From Escherichia phage Ecwhy_1: a stretch of 64,000 nt of DNA. The notes below the pieces were generated by a model that saw only the letters and a program-made list of their open reading frames with translations, was not told the DNA's origin and did no database searches. The position numbers were made by a program, and so were the translations under genes. Below, piece after piece: positions 21,971 to 32,260 of this stretch. The DNA is taken from sequence record MH791411.1; one strand, 5' to 3'. Numbering within the stretch: the stretch's first letter is position 1; each line of letters begins with the position of its first letter.

Positions 21971-22476
21971 TAATCCAACTCCACTACGTTATTTTTTTTC
22001 TTTGTATTTACTACAGTGGGTGAATCATTTTTTGTCACATCACCTCGTAGTTTCTTTTCTAGTGCGATGATACGCTTTAATGTCTTAATTGACGGTCGTT
22101 TCTTTGTTAGCTCAGCTTTTGCTTCAGTATAATACTTTCGGATATATCCATATGCATAATACTTAGAACCAATAAAAATTTCAGCAACGGCTGGTTGGTA
22201 ACTCATTTCGTACCCATTAATGTCCACGGGTGATGCATAAAATACAATATTTGTATTACACGGAGAAATTTTAGCAACCAGTAAGTTAGCTTCAAGTTTA
22301 TTCAAAATCAACGTAGTGGTTTCTTCTGCCTCGTCACTGTACTGCATAGCTGACATTAGAAGTTGAAAGGACTTGAAGTAATTACTACCACTGATTACCG
22401 TATTGAAGATTAAGCCCAATGTAATCAGTACTAGTGTACCAAGACATATAAACAAAAACCAATATTCAACACTCAT
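21970..22476 (-). CDS. hypothetical membrane-anchored protein
   Basis: Six-frame ORF, 168 aa, hydrophobic N-terminus. Confidence 0.5.
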   Translation of the reverse strand: MSVEYWFLFICLGTLVLITLGLIFNTVISGSNYFKSFQLLMSAMQYSDEAEETTTLILNKLEANLLVAKISPCNTNIVFYASPVDINGYEMSYQPAVAEIFIGSKYYAYGYIRKYYTEAKAELTKKRPSIKTLKRIIALEKKLRGDVTKNDSPTVVNTKKKNNVVELD

Positions 22477-22502
22477 TAATATATCCTCAGTTTGTATTTT
22501 AT

Positions 22503-22530
22503 TAAAAAAGCCCCATCAACATTGATGAGG
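22503..22530 (-). terminator. intrinsic terminator
   Basis: Minus-strand stem GCCUCAUCAA / UUGAUGGGGC followed by a U-run, after the gene ending at 22542. Confidence 0.55.
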
Positions 22531-22541
22531 CGGGAAATCAA

Positions 22542-22751
22542 TTACTTACGGTTTGCTTTACGCAGTTCAGAAAGTTCTTCTTGTAGACTTTTCTTCCATG
22601 CAATTAGATGAGCAAAACGGATTGGCCTTGCACCAGTACCGTGGAATACTGCGAGAGCTTCTTCAGCTTGATGAATCTGGAACTGAATGTAGTTCACAGT
22701 GCGGTCGAAGTCGGTGATATCTAGTACTTGTGCGTTAGTTTCTTTAGCCAT
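22542..22751 (-). CDS. hypothetical protein
   Basis: Six-frame ORF, 69 aa. Confidence 0.45.
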   Translation of the reverse strand: MAKETNAQVLDITDFDRTVNYIQFQIHQAEEALAVFHGTGARPIRFAHLIAWKKSLQEELSELRKANRK

Positions 22752-22778
22752 TTTTAATACCCTTTTATTTCTTTTTTA

Positions 22779-22799
22779 TGAAAAACCCTCATCATTGAG
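22779..22799 (-). terminator. intrinsic terminator (short stem)
   Basis: Minus-strand stem CCUCA / UGAGG followed by a U-run. Confidence 0.4.
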
Positions 22800-22869
22800 G
22801 AATGGTTTGCATTTTTACATCTGCCGATAATATACATTATATCATGCTTTTCAGCGTTGTCCCAAAAAA

Positions 22870-23166
22870 TTAATTATTTTTTAGAACAAATTTCACGACT
22901 GGTAACTCTGTTTCGTTTGATTCGGATTCATTATATCCGTTCTTCGTGAGAACGTCAATAACTTTTTTAGAATCGATTGTAAATTTATCAAGTTCAGTAT
23001 AACGATAATAACCAATGGTCTGACTGAACTCATACTCACCTGGACGCTGACGGCAACATGTTTGTGTTTCTGACATAATTGCATTGATTAGATAATAAGA
23101 TTCAGTACTATCATTGTTTGGTACATAAATCTTACCATCAAAATGAATCACTTCATGTTTATTCAT
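22870..23166 (-). CDS. hypothetical protein (start at internal Met MNKHEVIHF)
   Basis: Track ORF 22870..23229 overlaps the upstream gene; internal Met minimises the overlap. Confidence 0.4.
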   Translation of the reverse strand: MNKHEVIHFDGKIYVPNNDSTESYYLINAIMSETQTCCRQRPGEYEFSQTIGYYRYTELDKFTIDSKKVIDVLTKNGYNESESNETELPVVKFVLKNN

Positions 23167-23428
23167 ACAGTGAGTTGATCTCCACTTGAAGAATTGAAAT
23201 AATTTCCTTTTGAAGACCTGTAATTTCACTATTCAGTGAAGATAAACGTTTGGTCAATGCCATAAACTGTTTAGCGTCTTCTTTGGAACGGTCATTGCGA
23301 ACTTTATCGGAACTCCAGTTAGCATATGATTGCTCATCTTTTTTGTTAAGAATGTCCCAGTCCAAACGGACTAGTTTTCGTTCTTTCTTAAGTTCGCTTA
23401 GGCGAGATTTCATTTCTTCTTTAGTCAT
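23159..23428 (-). CDS. hypothetical coiled-coil protein
   Basis: Six-frame ORF, 89 aa. Confidence 0.45.
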   Translation of the reverse strand: MTKEEMKSRLSELKKERKLVRLDWDILNKKDEQSYANWSSDKVRNDRSKEDAKQFMALTKRLSSLNSEITGLQKEIISILQVEINSLYE

Positions 23429-23718
23429 TACAATGTTCCTTTCATAAAGTCAGGGATAACGATTACGATAGAAGGATTATACTCCACATATCCATTCTTT
23501 GTCAATAGACTTTTGATATCAGAAATAACATTATCATGTTGTTCCATATCTTTATCGCAGTGAATTTCCAATTCTTTTAGGAAAGGTTGTTTAACTGAAA
23601 TTGATTGGGTCAGTGTTTGAATACGCTGCATCATATCAATTGGATCAGGACTAAACTCATTACCAACATAAAGTGTACCAGATGCATCCTTTTCAAGTAA
23701 GACTTCTAAAATTTTCAT
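23428..23718 (-). CDS. hypothetical protein
   Basis: Six-frame ORF, 96 aa. Confidence 0.45.
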   Translation of the reverse strand: MKILEVLLEKDASGTLYVGNEFSPDPIDMMQRIQTLTQSISVKQPFLKELEIHCDKDMEQHDNVISDIKSLLTKNGYVEYNPSIVIVIPDFMKGTL

Positions 23719-24551
23719 TTTGTACCCTTTAATGTACCAAAATTACGTAGAGTAAATCCAGGAACTGGGAAATATACATCACAGTCAATGTCAGGATTCA
23801 TTGTCACTACCTCATTACACATTATATCACGAATTCCACTTCCGTCTACGATTTTTTGCATTAAATCGTTCCATTCTTTTCGTTCAATAACATATGTGTT
23901 AATCAAACACAAGTCATGACCACGTTTCGAAATATAACCAAGTACTACATCATTGTGGACAACACGTATAGTAACTTTTCCAATTCGAGTTCCTCGTACT
24001 GCATTAGTACTAGTATCGTCGTAAATCAGTTCTATTCTAAGTGAACCATTAGATATAAGAGTTGTGGTATATTTTGAAACCATATTCTCAATTTCTTGAG
24101 TTAAATCGTCTCGGTTAAGGTACTCAAACACCGAATATGTCAACTCATTTGCATCCAAATATTGGACTGTTGGAAGCTGGGCAACCATATCCAAAGATAC
24201 AGGTTCTATGTATATTTTTTCAATATCAGATGTTTTGACGAATAGATACCCTTCTAGCGTCATTGAACTAACAATTTCCGCATAATAAGAGTACAGATAA
24301 AAAACATTCGTCTCATTCGAATCAGTTTCTACCCAAACCTCTGGCTGTTTCATCTCATATTGTTGTAGAATTCGTTGTGTAAACCCAATGTAAAATCCAA
24401 GATTAACATCGGATTGAGTTTCAAATGGATTAAACATCAAATATGGATATTTGTCAAGATACTCATTGAACTTACGCTGGGTATCTCTATCACAATCAAT
24501 GATGTACTTTCGGAATTCAGAAATAATTACTTTTTCCAATGACATAATCAA
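23715..24551 (-). CDS. hypothetical protein
   Basis: Six-frame ORF, 278 aa. Confidence 0.55.
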   Translation of the reverse strand: MIMSLEKVIISEFRKYIIDCDRDTQRKFNEYLDKYPYLMFNPFETQSDVNLGFYIGFTQRILQQYEMKQPEVWVETDSNETNVFYLYSYYAEIVSSMTLEGYLFVKTSDIEKIYIEPVSLDMVAQLPTVQYLDANELTYSVFEYLNRDDLTQEIENMVSKYTTTLISNGSLRIELIYDDTSTNAVRGTRIGKVTIRVVHNDVVLGYISKRGHDLCLINTYVIERKEWNDLMQKIVDGSGIRDIMCNEVVTMNPDIDCDVYFPVPGFTLRNFGTLKGTK

Positions 24552-24745
24552 TCCTCACGATGCATATAGTACATAAACATCGCCAACCATATGCAGAATC
24601 CCACGCAACGAAGAAACAGATCAACTGTTGGGTCTGTACCACCATTAACTTGGTAAACGATTACTGGGATTAAAGCAATAGCAATAGATACAGCACATAA
24701 GATGAATGCAACAAACACCTCAAACATAAACTTAATCGTTTCCAT
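24548..24745 (-). CDS. hypothetical small membrane protein
   Basis: Six-frame ORF, 65 aa, two hydrophobic segments. Confidence 0.45.
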   Translation of the reverse strand: METIKFMFEVFVAFILCAVSIAIALIPVIVYQVNGGTDPTVDLFLRCVGFCIWLAMFMYYMHRED

Positions 24746-25319
24746 TATTATCCTTCAATGTGTAGTGTAGTACATTTAAAAAGTTATACATTGATTCATT
24801 ACGCATAACCTTGATTGTTAAATTACCACAACCCAACATACGTTTGAGGCGACGCTTCACCGCAGTTAAATCATGTGTACTGTTCGTATACAGACCATTA
24901 ACCTGACCTGGAACAGTAGGAACATGAAGAATGTAATCATAATTCATTAGTAAGCGTTGATTATATTTCTTTAATGCTTGCTTGTATTCTGAAATATTTT
25001 CAAAGAATGTACAATAACGGTCGTAACGATTCATTTTATTCAAAATTGAAATACGAAAAGCGTTACCACTATTCCAATCATCTTCAGTTGGGTTTGGGTT
25101 GATATGTGCCATGTTAGCTGTACTATACCCACCACTTGTGAAAACTTCAGAATATCCATTCTCAAAAACATACAATGTTGCTTTGTGTCCTCGGAATTCT
25201 TTACGGTACTTTGACAGAACTTGAATGTGATTACGCTTGGACTTGTACATTTCGTAACCTTCATAATCGCCACTGAATTCACAAATTTTATCAACACCAG
25301 CCATTTCGTATATCCTCAT
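24732..25319 (-). CDS. hypothetical protein
   Basis: Six-frame ORF, 195 aa. Confidence 0.5.
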   Translation of the reverse strand: MRIYEMAGVDKICEFSGDYEGYEMYKSKRNHIQVLSKYRKEFRGHKATLYVFENGYSEVFTSGGYSTANMAHINPNPTEDDWNSGNAFRISILNKMNRYDRYCTFFENISEYKQALKKYNQRLLMNYDYILHVPTVPGQVNGLYTNSTHDLTAVKRRLKRMLGCGNLTIKVMRNESMYNFLNVLHYTLKDNNGND

Positions 25320-25837
25320 TTGATTAATATAGGAGTATTATACATACTCCATTTTCATGTGTCAAGCTTTATAATACGGAAGACTTTTCACTAAAGATTC
25401 TGACGTATTATTTTTTACCCATGTACTACCGTTGTCTTTGGATACATATCCAATACCATTAACAAACTTACGCATAATACCAGTAAAAATATTAGTATAC
25501 ACCATTACTCAGTATCCTTTGGTTTAGAATGTAAACCATACTTTTCATCATAACGATCATAGGTAGTGCCATTAGTACTAGCTTTGATGCTTTCGGTGCG
25601 ATTGATTGGTTCGATTTTGACACCACGATAACCAATCTCTTCTTTAAATTGTTCCCATGATTCACGTAGACTCATTTTAGTCCCCTTTTTGTTATTTCAT
25701 ACACTCACGTAGGTCAATCTTTTCAACTGAACCACCGAGTACTAGATAGTGAAAATTAGAATCTTTGTTTGCCATATTCAAAAGATCTGCTTTCTGTTGA
25801 AGCGTAAAGCGTGAAGTACTGTTACGTACTGGCATAG

Positions 25838-26281
25838 TTACTCCTTAAAGTAGATATCACGAATTTGCTTAATCATCTCTAACTCTTGAAGTCCTATCAT
25901 ACCAAAGTTTTCTTGTACTGTCAACTGTTGGAAGTACATTTCCTCTAAATTATCATAAGGAATATCCACTAATGATAAAGGAACTCGTTCTTCACTGAAT
26001 ACCAGATCTTCAACTAAATGTTTTATAATCATAATAGAAAATAAATCTTTTTGGATATGAAATTTGTAAAATGTTTGATTAGTAGTGAACATTGTGTTTG
26101 ATGGATGGAAACCCATTTCAACAAATACTGTATCTTTATCATTATGTGTGCAATATGTACATCTTGAATTCGCAAGAACTTTAGATTTTGGGTAATAAAA
26201 ATCACCCAGCAACTTCTGTCGTTTCCAGTCCTCATATACAACTGGATGCTTAACCTTCTTCAATCGGTGCAGTACTGTCAT
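25838..26281 (-). CDS. F-Q-x-S motif family protein (LEEMYFQQLTV)
   Basis: Six-frame ORF, 147 aa. Confidence 0.5.
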   Translation of the reverse strand: MTVLHRLKKVKHPVVYEDWKRQKLLGDFYYPKSKVLANSRCTYCTHNDKDTVFVEMGFHPSNTMFTTNQTFYKFHIQKDLFSIMIIKHLVEDLVFSEERVPLSLVDIPYDNLEEMYFQQLTVQENFGMIGLQELEMIKQIRDIYFKE

Positions 26282-26661
26282 AGTTTTTTCCAGTCCAATG
26301 AATCGAAATCGATTTGTTCAGGGTTATCAACAGCGACAACTCGTGCATTATGAAGAGTTTCAAAGTAGCCGTTCCACGGTGTTCGTAATGGAACTGTCAC
26401 ATCACCAACTTTAACCAAGAATGAATATGCTGGTGATATTGGGTCAAACCACTCTTTTTGTTTAGCATTTTCGACGATGGTTTCGTGTTCTTTTGTATAG
26501 CAATTATCTTGCTTCATATAAAACACCCAATGCTCTTTTAGGCACTGTAAAGCAGCAACTGCTTCCTCTTTAGAAGACCATTGAATATCAATTGTATTAA
26601 GAACGTCATAACAATTTTCAGTATCACCTGTAGTGTAATGTACTTCAATGCAGTATTTCAT
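26278..26661 (-). CDS. hypothetical protein
   Basis: Six-frame ORF, 127 aa. Confidence 0.5.
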   Translation of the reverse strand: MKYCIEVHYTTGDTENCYDVLNTIDIQWSSKEEAVAALQCLKEHWVFYMKQDNCYTKEHETIVENAKQKEWFDPISPAYSFLVKVGDVTVPLRTPWNGYFETLHNARVVAVDNPEQIDFDSLDWKKL

Positions 26662-27116
26662 TATTCAACACCTTTTAGTAATTTACAAATTTCAATCATA
26701 TGATAATAACATGTATTCCAAAATTGCCCAGTAGTACTACCAACATCATGCACAGTACTTTGTTGGAAAACATATTCATCATTGAACAACTTTTTAATGT
26801 CATCAATGTAAAATTCTGGTTTTGAATCATTATTGTATTCAATACTCGTTTCACCATCTGGATCAAGTGAAATTGATGATATGTCGTGAATTCCTATCGG
26901 ATTTGTTGGATAAATTCTCAACGTAAGAGGATAGAAGTCTGGATCGGTTTCATATGTATATTCGATTATGTAATTACCATCTCCAGTGATTGAGTTATAT
27001 TTAAATGTAGGTTCAAATACATTATGGACATTATAACCTAGTTTATTCATCTCGTTAAGATGTAATAATATTTTATGTAAAGTCCCTAAGACATGAATCA
27101 AATTATCAATTTTCAT
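26661..27116 (-). CDS. F-Q-x-S motif family protein (DEYVFQQSTV)
   Basis: Six-frame ORF, 151 aa. Confidence 0.5.
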   Translation of the reverse strand: MKIDNLIHVLGTLHKILLHLNEMNKLGYNVHNVFEPTFKYNSITGDGNYIIEYTYETDPDFYPLTLRIYPTNPIGIHDISSISLDPDGETSIEYNNDSKPEFYIDDIKKLFNDEYVFQQSTVHDVGSTTGQFWNTCYYHMIEICKLLKGVE

Positions 27117-27655
27117 TTACGATCCTTTGAAAAGTTCAGTTTAAAAGATTTACCAAATTCCATTGTAGCTTTACCCAGATTGTTAATATTTTCTTTCAAC
27201 ATTTCTTGCATCTTTCTTACACTTTCATTCCATGCTTCTTCTTCTTTGCGGAGGATTGGTCGCAATCGTTCCTGAATATCGTTGAAACGTGCATTGACTT
27301 CAACCAATGATTCATATGTGAAATCTTTCATATCGATGATAGTACTACGTTGAAAGAATTCTTCTTCGGATAAATTACTCAAAATGATTTTATCACTACC
27401 AATAGATAATGTCAATTCATCATCTTGATTTTTTTTAATTACAATACGTACAGGTGATTTTATAGTAATGTGAACATCATGATTATTAAAAGTTTCAGTT
27501 TTGTTTGACGTTCTGAATTGTAGTCTTCCGGTTAGTGCGTGTACTGGCATTGGGTTCTTTTTACCAGTAATAACATCTTCCCACGAATCAAGGATATTAT
27601 TAATAATTTTAACATAAGGAACTGTCATATATGCACCTATGAAAAATCCACGCAT
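27113..27655 (-). CDS. F-Q-x-S motif family protein (EEEFFQRSTI) with extended C-terminus
   Basis: Six-frame ORF, 180 aa. Confidence 0.5.
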   Translation of the reverse strand: MRGFFIGAYMTVPYVKIINNILDSWEDVITGKKNPMPVHALTGRLQFRTSNKTETFNNHDVHITIKSPVRIVIKKNQDDELTLSIGSDKIILSNLSEEEFFQRSTIIDMKDFTYESLVEVNARFNDIQERLRPILRKEEEAWNESVRKMQEMLKENINNLGKATMEFGKSFKLNFSKDRK

Positions 27656-27670
27656 AGCGTGGATCTGTAA

Positions 27671-28201
27671 TTAATCGAGTATAGTAACTTCAATCAAACG
27701 AATTTCGATGAATTCGTTTTCAGTTTCCCATGATGAACCTAATTTCTTATTAAGTTCAGTTTTAACATCACTTTTAAATTTTCCCATAGTATTAGGAATA
27801 ATTTGTTTGGTTAGTTTGTCATAACCACAATAAAACATAGGTTTCTCCCTTCGAGATATTAGCTCAACAAAATCCTTTGGATATGCAGGTATATTATGCA
27901 TCACTTCATGAATGCACTCAGTACTTGAATCTTGTACTTTGTACATTACATTAAGTTTACCTTTGAAAGTGCGAATCATATCAACAATAATACCTTTACC
28001 GGATTTAAGTAAAGTTCCATTCTTTGTATGAGAACAATAGAATACCTCATCACCAATATTAGGATAGTACAAATTAAATTCTAATTCTTCCTTTGATGAC
28101 TGACGTTGAAATTTCATTACACGTTCAGTATAGGTGGGGTAGTTCTTCATGTTCAAAAGAATATCTCTCTTAGTAAGTGTGATATAACTGGCATAGTCCA
28201 T
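27671..28201 (-). CDS. hypothetical protein
   Basis: Six-frame ORF, 176 aa; overlaps the methyltransferase gene by about 50 nt. Confidence 0.45.
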   Translation of the reverse strand: MDYASYITLTKRDILLNMKNYPTYTERVMKFQRQSSKEELEFNLYYPNIGDEVFYCSHTKNGTLLKSGKGIIVDMIRTFKGKLNVMYKVQDSSTECIHEVMHNIPAYPKDFVELISRREKPMFYCGYDKLTKQIIPNTMGKFKSDVKTELNKKLGSSWETENEFIEIRLIEVTILD

Positions 28202-29013
28202 CCATTCCCAAGCATTTTGTATGCTTGTGTCTTACTAGACACTTTAAAGAAATCTACAGGAATACCCTGTAATTTACAACATTCTACTACACTTAAGTGT
28301 CTATAGTCAATATTTCTTTTACCATTCTCCAATAGATATTGACGATTAATCGTTGGGTCACGAAACACCAACTGTCGTCTTGATTTATTAAAGTACTGGT
28401 TACAATCACCACCCTTAAAATAGTTAGCATCTATACAGTACGAAGCGGTTCTGTCAGTGTACCAACCATCTTCAATGATATCTTGAAGTTTAGGGGCATT
28501 TGATAATGCAGGTGGTATAAAAAGCTTATCAGTACTGCACCAGTAGTATCTCTGCCTGAAGTGAGGCGTATAATGCTGGGAATTTATCAGTACTGGTGTG
28601 ATTCCTAAAATACTATTAATGTATTCTTTGAAATCTTCCTTCATTTTAACATTCTCGAACAGAAATTGCAAGTTTGGATTTACACTTTTGATGTGCTCAA
28701 AAATATCAACCATAACCAAAAATAACTGTCCACGTATATCATTCAAGCCACCTTGCTTACCAGCAACAGACCAGGCTTGACATGGGAATCCTCCCATGAG
28801 TAAATCTATCTTATCCCACTCAATATCCCATTCTTTCCACTTAGTCACATCACCTAACTGGATAATATCAGGAAAATTCTCGGAAGATTCAGCAATTGCG
28901 TACTTGTCAATTTCAGATGAGTAATATTTTTCAACTGGAATACCTGCATCAGCCAATGCCATATATCCAACGCTCATTCCATTAAAAAGTGACAGTACTC
29001 TGATAGGTTTCAT
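28153..29013 (-). CDS. DNA (cytosine-5)-methyltransferase
   Basis: Motif IV GGFPCQAWSVAG, motif VI FLFENV, motif VIII FRQRYYW, motif X MLGNGWTMPV, motif I-like LFNGMSVG; no restriction endonuclease partner seen. Confidence 0.8.
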   Translation of the reverse strand: MKPIRVLSLFNGMSVGYMALADAGIPVEKYYSSEIDKYAIAESSENFPDIIQLGDVTKWKEWDIEWDKIDLLMGGFPCQAWSVAGKQGGLNDIRGQLFLVMVDIFEHIKSVNPNLQFLFENVKMKEDFKEYINSILGITPVLINSQHYTPHFRQRYYWCSTDKLFIPPALSNAPKLQDIIEDGWYTDRTASYCIDANYFKGGDCNQYFNKSRRQLVFRDPTINRQYLLENGKRNIDYRHLSVVECCKLQGIPVDFFKVSSKTQAYKMLGNGWTMPVISHLLREIFF

Positions 29014-29065
29014 ATAAAATCCTTTTTATATTGTTAAGGTACTATAATACATTATAGCATCTTAT

Positions 29066-29356
29066 TTAGAAATCTTCCAGACTTTTTTCATCGCACCATC
29101 GAGAAGTACAGATGATCGCAGATGCAAGAATTGAAGCACTGGCTCGACCACCACCAAGTAAGTACTGGCTAATGACACCAATCATATTGAAGACTTTATC
29201 ATACTCAGCAAGGAGTTCGAAATCCTTCTTCCAACATTGATATTCTTCTTCAGTAACATTAAACTCATCACCAAGTTCATTTAAAATCTTTTTAAGTACT
29301 GCACGATGTTCACTCATCTGATTCCCCATATCGTTCGTCGTAAAAATCATCATCAC
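29066..29356 (-). CDS. hypothetical protein
   Basis: Six-frame ORF, 96 aa. Confidence 0.45.
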   Translation of the reverse strand: MMMIFTTNDMGNQMSEHRAVLKKILNELGDEFNVTEEEYQCWKKDFELLAEYDKVFNMIGVISQYLLGGGRASASILASAIICTSRWCDEKSLEDF

Positions 29357-29395
29357 GGTCCAACGGTTCTTTTGGTTTTTCTGCCATATATTTCC

Positions 29396-29656
29396 TCACA
29401 TGGTAAATGTATTATCACCATCCATATCTTCATCTGTAGCTTCAGCTAATGTCTTAATAGTCAGTAATTCACGCTTCACGTACAGCATGAAGACCTTTTC
29501 ATAATTACCGAACATCATCTCAGGTGACATGTAATTCTCCGTTACAATGACGATTGGACGGCCCTGTGACAGCATACGAAACATAGTACGGTATTTGTCA
29601 AAGGTGCGAAATTCATCCATGTTCATCATGTGGCGTTTACGAACTACTTTAGTCAT
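29396..29656 (-). CDS. hypothetical protein
   Basis: Six-frame ORF, 86 aa. Confidence 0.45.
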   Translation of the reverse strand: MTKVVRKRHMMNMDEFRTFDKYRTMFRMLSQGRPIVIVTENYMSPEMMFGNYEKVFMLYVKRELLTIKTLAEATDEDMDGDNTFTM

Positions 29657-29670
29657 TTTGATACCTTTAG

Positions 29671-30126
29671 TTAATTGAACTCGATTTCTGGATAATGATT
29701 ATAGAACATCTCACGTACTGCGTCAAGCTGTTCTTTAAATTTCTCAATGTCATCAAGAGTTAGTACAGTGTTACTAACTGTACTCAACTGAAAAAGTGCC
29801 TCTTCAGTACTGTTTTCTGATAAATCAAATGTACATGATGAATCATCTGTTATAATATTATCACATATTTCAAATGTGTCAATATGAACATCATTGAGTA
29901 GATCACCACTATAATCATTATATATGAACACAAAAATGTATGATGGTTTTTTTATCTCAGTTTCTGACTCATAGGCTACCAAATCATATGTTACGTAACA
30001 TTTAAAGTCAGGTGAATCGTATTCCATAGATACAATTCCTATATCACGATATTGATTCGCTTCACTGATTAAATCCGGTATAGGTGTAATACTAAGTAAA
30101 TGGAAAAACTGTCCTGGATTTAGCAT
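29671..30126 (-). CDS. F-Q-x-S motif family protein (STEEALFQLSTV)
   Basis: Six-frame ORF, 151 aa; first of the tandem array. Confidence 0.55.
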   Translation of the reverse strand: MLNPGQFFHLLSITPIPDLISEANQYRDIGIVSMEYDSPDFKCYVTYDLVAYESETEIKKPSYIFVFIYNDYSGDLLNDVHIDTFEICDNIITDDSSCTFDLSENSTEEALFQLSTVSNTVLTLDDIEKFKEQLDAVREMFYNHYPEIEFN

Positions 30127-30575
30127 TTGATTACCTTCGGGTTTTGCTCTGTGATATCAAACATAGATAGAACGAAATCATTTAGCTTTTCAACACAATT
30201 GATTATAGTGCTTAAATCAGAATAACTAACTGTTAAATTTTTAACAAGAGATTCCTGAAAGTATCCTTCTTCAGTTGAGCAATAACTCACATTTGAGATA
30301 GTCTCATAATGTATATCTTTGCTTGTTTTACATGTTATAATTTCTATTATATCCGATGTTGTGTTATATAATAATATAAATGTTGTTGTTCGTGAATTCT
30401 TATTGTAAAATGCGAGTTCAGTGCTGTCATATGTTTTCTCAATAAGAACATTGTACTCTTCCGAAAACGATGTGGAAATTCTAATTATCTCTTCTGGATC
30501 AGGAACATAAGAGCCATCAAATTTACAAGACAATGCAATTTCAAAATGATTTTTTATTTCATCAATTTTCATCAT
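30120..30575 (-). CDS. F-Q-x-S motif family protein (STEEGYFQESLV)
   Basis: Six-frame ORF, 151 aa; homologous to 29671..30126 over its length (FILLYN / FVFIYN). Confidence 0.55.
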   Translation of the reverse strand: MMKIDEIKNHFEIALSCKFDGSYVPDPEEIIRISTSFSEEYNVLIEKTYDSTELAFYNKNSRTTTFILLYNTTSDIIEIITCKTSKDIHYETISNVSYCSTEEGYFQESLVKNLTVSYSDLSTIINCVEKLNDFVLSMFDITEQNPKVIKC

Positions 30576-30967
30576 AGCTCACCATTTAATTTGCTATTTA
30601 CATATTCTAATGCTTTTTTAACAATGCCAATTTCGGTAACTCCTATTACATTTTTCTCGATTAACGACAATTGAAATAGTTCATCTTCCTCAATATCAAT
30701 ACTATGGGTTCTTGACCAATAAACGTTGAAGTCATATGCATATCGTATTGTATTTTCTTTAATATCAAGTACCAATATAACCATACCATTGTGTAGGTAT
30801 GTCAGTGTTTTTCCGTATATATTAAAAATTAACCTATCTGGTGTACCCAATGGAAGATGAATTATATTTTGTGTAGTTCCAACAATAACAAAATCATTAT
30901 CTATATTTTTATTCAAGTCACCTAGAATGTCATATATAGTAGTCATGTTAATCTTGACCCTCAGCAT
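30572..30967 (-). CDS. F-Q-x-S motif family protein (EEDELFQLSLI)
   Basis: Six-frame ORF, 131 aa. Confidence 0.55.
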   Translation of the reverse strand: MLRVKINMTTIYDILGDLNKNIDNDFVIVGTTQNIIHLPLGTPDRLIFNIYGKTLTYLHNGMVILVLDIKENTIRYAYDFNVYWSRTHSIDIEEDELFQLSLIEKNVIGVTEIGIVKKALEYVNSKLNGEL

Positions 30968-31367
30968 TTCTGATGATTCGCATTACTTCTCTGGATACGT
31001 TGTATACTTTTTTATAGTACTCAAATGTAACTGAACCAAAATCATTAACAGTACTATCCATGAAGAACGATTCTTCGGTGCAATACACACCTGTAATTGA
31101 AACATGCTCATGATGGAATTTAGCATCTTTCCAGTAACGGAATTCGAAAATAAATTGCCCGTCATGACCAACCCTACAACACTCAGCACGGTCACTGTCT
31201 ACGCAGCTAATCACAATATCCCTTTCGGAGTCATACCAGATATTTCCAATATTTGTTTCAATAACTGCATAATCAATTTTTGTTGAATTGGGAATTACAC
31301 CTTTTTTTACCAGTACTAGACTGGTATTATCAATATCAAGTAAACTTACCATATCAACTCCCCACAA
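30948..31367 (-). CDS. F-Q/M-x-S motif family protein (variant TEESFFMDSTV)
   Basis: Six-frame ORF, 139 aa. Confidence 0.5.
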   Translation of the reverse strand: MWGVDMVSLLDIDNTSLVLVKKGVIPNSTKIDYAVIETNIGNIWYDSERDIVISCVDSDRAECCRVGHDGQFIFEFRYWKDAKFHHEHVSITGVYCTEESFFMDSTVNDFGSVTFEYYKKVYNVSREVMRIIRNAEGQD

Positions 31368-31764
31368 TTACTGTGTTTTTGATTTCTAACAATTCACTAT
31401 ACATCTTCTTCAATTGTACAATATCTTCATATAAAATACCACCCATATCATCAATCAAAGAACGTTGGAATAGTGATTCATCTGACTGTATCGTGTCCAA
31501 ATCAGAAATTTTCAATACTGTAACTGGGTTTAGGGTGTTTACAATAAGTTTGTTTGTGTATGGGATGTATGTGATCTTGATATTCATTTCCGAATCAAGG
31601 GCATACAACCTCAAAACAGACAAATCACCACAAAGTTGGATTTTTGGTTCATCAAACTCATCAGACCACCACATAGTACTAGTCATATAATTGACGTGTT
31701 GGTTCAAATGTGATATATCCAAATCGAAATAATATTTTAGTTCATTGTGTAAATCTAAACTCAT
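31354..31764 (-). CDS. F-Q-x-S motif family protein (SDESLFQRSLI)
   Basis: Six-frame ORF, 136 aa. Confidence 0.55.
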   Translation of the reverse strand: MSLDLHNELKYYFDLDISHLNQHVNYMTSTMWWSDEFDEPKIQLCGDLSVLRLYALDSEMNIKITYIPYTNKLIVNTLNPVTVLKISDLDTIQSDESLFQRSLIDDMGGILYEDIVQLKKMYSELLEIKNTVIVGS

Positions 31765-31819
31765 AAATTTATCCTCTATGCATCATTATCTTACAGTGTA
31801 GGATAAACCCACGATAATG

Positions 31820-32215
31820 TCAAGATGTGAATTGCTCATACCAGTGATACAGTTCTTTTAATTCTTCAGTACTGAATAGAACATCTTCAATCGTTGTTTG
31901 TTGGAAGTGGTAATCTTCATTTAAGTACATTGAAATATTTTTATATACTTTTCGATTACATTTCCCAAGAAATGATGTTCTTTTGGATGTATATTCAATA
32001 AATGTTAACTTATCTAATTCTACATCCAATGACAATTTCATACAGTATTCAGTATCATCTACGTACATAAGTTTATTTGAATAACAATCAACTGTGATAT
32101 ATTCTTTATGTGAGAATTGGTATATACCATTAAATTTTTTACCATTTGTACTTCGGAATTTTTCAAGGTAATAAGAGAGTGGTTTAGATATTGTACTACC
32201 AATAGTATTATTCAT
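31820..32215 (-). CDS. F-Q-x-S motif family protein (NEDYHFQQTTI)
   Basis: Six-frame ORF, 131 aa. Confidence 0.5.
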   Translation of the reverse strand: MNNTIGSTISKPLSYYLEKFRSTNGKKFNGIYQFSHKEYITVDCYSNKLMYVDDTEYCMKLSLDVELDKLTFIEYTSKRTSFLGKCNRKVYKNISMYLNEDYHFQQTTIEDVLFSTEELKELYHWYEQFTS

Positions 32216-32236
32216 AGAACCTCAAAATTTAGACAA

Positions 32237-32260
32237 GAAAAATGCCCCGAAGGTCGGGGC
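32237..32260 (-). terminator. intrinsic terminator
   Basis: Minus-strand stem GCCCCGA / UCGGGGC with a 4-nt loop followed by a U-rich tract. Confidence 0.55.

Noticed and set aside
31309-31325. Hairpin ACCAGTACTAGACTGGT resembling the terminator stem at 21461
   Set aside because: It lies inside the coding region of 30948..31367 and, on the transcribed strand, is followed by an A-run rather than a U-run.
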